Below are positions 62,341 through 64,000 of a stretch of DNA of 64,000 nucleotides, piece by piece. Location: assembly GCF_963921235.1 (NCBI RefSeq), contig NC_086108.1, forward strand, positions 81,408,001 through 81,472,000, given 5' to 3'. Positions within the stretch are counted from its first letter, which is position 1. Every line of letters starts with the position of its first letter. Under the pieces are notes generated by a model. It made no database searches. It worked only from the letters and a program-made list of their open reading frames with translations, and had not been told where the DNA came from. This DNA comes from Mobula hypostoma (Eukaryota). Position numbers and translations under genes: made by a program.

Positions 62341-62604
62341 GCACCCATGACTGTGTGGCTAGCCACAGCACAAAATCATTTATACATTTGTGGATGGCAC
62401 AACATAGAACTTCAGATGGTGACGAGGAGGAGTACAGGAGTGAGATGGATCAGCCAGCTGTGTGGTGTCGCAGCAACAGCCTTGTACTCAAAGTCGGAAT
62501 TGATTTGAGAGTTTAAAGTAAAAGAACCCTCAGGGGAAGTGATCATAATGTGATCGAATTCTCCCTGAAATCTGAGAAGGAGAAGATAAAGTCAGATTAC
62601 AATG

Positions 62605-63805
62605 AAGATGAGGGTAGTGCAGTGGATGTGATCTATATCGATTTTAGTAAGGCATTTGACAAGGTTCCACACGGTAGGTTTATTCAGAAAGTCAGAAGGC
62701 ATGGGATCCAGGGAGGTTTGGCCAGGTGGATTCAGAATTGGCTTGCCTGCAGAAGGCAGAGGGTGGTGGTGGAGGGAGTACATTCAGATTGGAGGATTGT
62801 GACTAGTGGTGTCCCACAAGGATCTGTTCTGGGACGTCTACTTTTCGTGATTTTTATTAACGACCTGAATGTGGGGGTAGAAGAGTGGGTTGGCAAGTTT
62901 GCAGATGACACAAAGGTTGGTGGTGTTGTAGATAGTATAGAGGATTGTCGAAGATTGCAGAGAGACAGTGATAGGATGCAGAAGTGGGCTGAGAAGTGGC
63001 AGATAGCGTTCAACCTGGAGAAGTGTGAGGTGGTACACTTTGGAAGGACAAACTCCAAGGCAGAGTACAAAGTAAATGGCAGGATACTTGGTTGTGTGGA
63101 GGAGCAGACGGATCTGGGGGTACATGTCCACAGATCCCTGAAAGTTGCCTCACAGATGGATAGGGTAGTTAAGAAAGCTTATGGGGTGTTAGCTTTCATA
63201 AGTCGAGGGATAGAGTTTAAGAGTCGCGATGTAATGATGCAGCTCTATAAAACTCTGGTTAGGCCACACTTGGAGTACTGTGTCCAGTTCTGGTCACCTC
63301 ACTATAGGAAGGATGTGGAAGCATTGGAAATTGGAAAGGGTACAGAGGAGATTTACCAGGATGCTGCCTGGTTTAGAGAGTATGCATTATGATCAGAGAT
63401 TAAGGGAGCTAGGGCTTTACTCTTTGGAGAGAAGGAGGATGAGAGGAGACATGATAGAGGTGTACAAGTTAATAAGAGGAATAGATAGAGTGGATAGCCT
63501 GCGCCTCTTCCCCAGGGCACCACTGCTCAATACAAGAGGACATGGCTTTAAGGTAAGGGGTGGGAAGTTCAAGGGGGATATTAGAGGAAGGTTTTTTACT
63601 CAGAGAGTGGTTGGTGCGTGGAATGCACTGCCTGAGTCAGTGGTGGAGGCAGATACACTAGTGAAGTTTAAGAGACTATTAGACAGGTATATGGAGGAAT
63701 TTAAGGTGGGAGGGTTATATGGGAGGCAGGGTTTGAGAGTCGGCACAACATTATGGGCCGAAGGGCCTGTATTGTGCTGTACTATTCTATGTTCTATGTT
63801 CTATG
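62605..63805 (+). mobile_element. 5'-truncated CR1 inserted into another CR1 (62520-62597 and 63806-64000)
   Basis: YIDFSKAFDKVPH, GVPQGSVLG, FADD; (TTCTATG)n tail. The flanks read GSDHNVIEF..EKIKSD | NYRGMR. Confidence 0.93.
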
Positions 63806-64000
63806 AATTACAGAGGCATGAGAGAGAGGAGTTAGCCTGGATTGATTGGGAAAGAACACTGGCAGGGATGATGGCAGAGCAGCAATGGCTGGAATTTCTG
63901 GAAGCAATTCGGAAGGCACAGGATAGATACATCCCAAAGAGAAGAAGTATTCTAAAGGAGAGATGACACAATGATGGCTAACAAGAGAAGTCAAAGCCCA

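Noticed and set aside
1..64000. Prokaryotic systems (CRISPR arrays, retrons, defence operons)
   Set aside because: No spaced repeat arrays or operons; all RT and nuclease motifs belong to eukaryotic transposons.

Overview
This is a eukaryotic vertebrate window, almost certainly intronic or intergenic, and I cannot identify a host gene. The repeat mix (CR1, HE1/V-SINE, Rex1/Babar, Penelope-like elements) suggests a cartilaginous fish, probably a ray; that assignment is inference. More than half of the window is nested, decayed transposons. These include many CR1 LINEs (one nearly full length, with an SGNH-esterase ORF1 and an APE-RT ORF2), Rex1/Babar LINEs and their non-autonomous relatives, an R4/Dong-like REL element, and RTE and L2 relics. 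There is also an internally deleted Gypsy LTR element with both ends and a TSD, Tc1 elements, a hAT element, a probable Harbinger fossil and tRNA-derived SINEs. The most interesting signal is a series of Penelope-like fold-back insertions (inverted arms of about 570, 160, 155 and 40 bp) that carry minimal type I hammerhead ribozyme motifs. A composite element bounded by palindromic TIR-like hairpins is also notable. All family calls come from motif recognition by eye, and boundaries are approximate unless a TSD or TIR is quoted.
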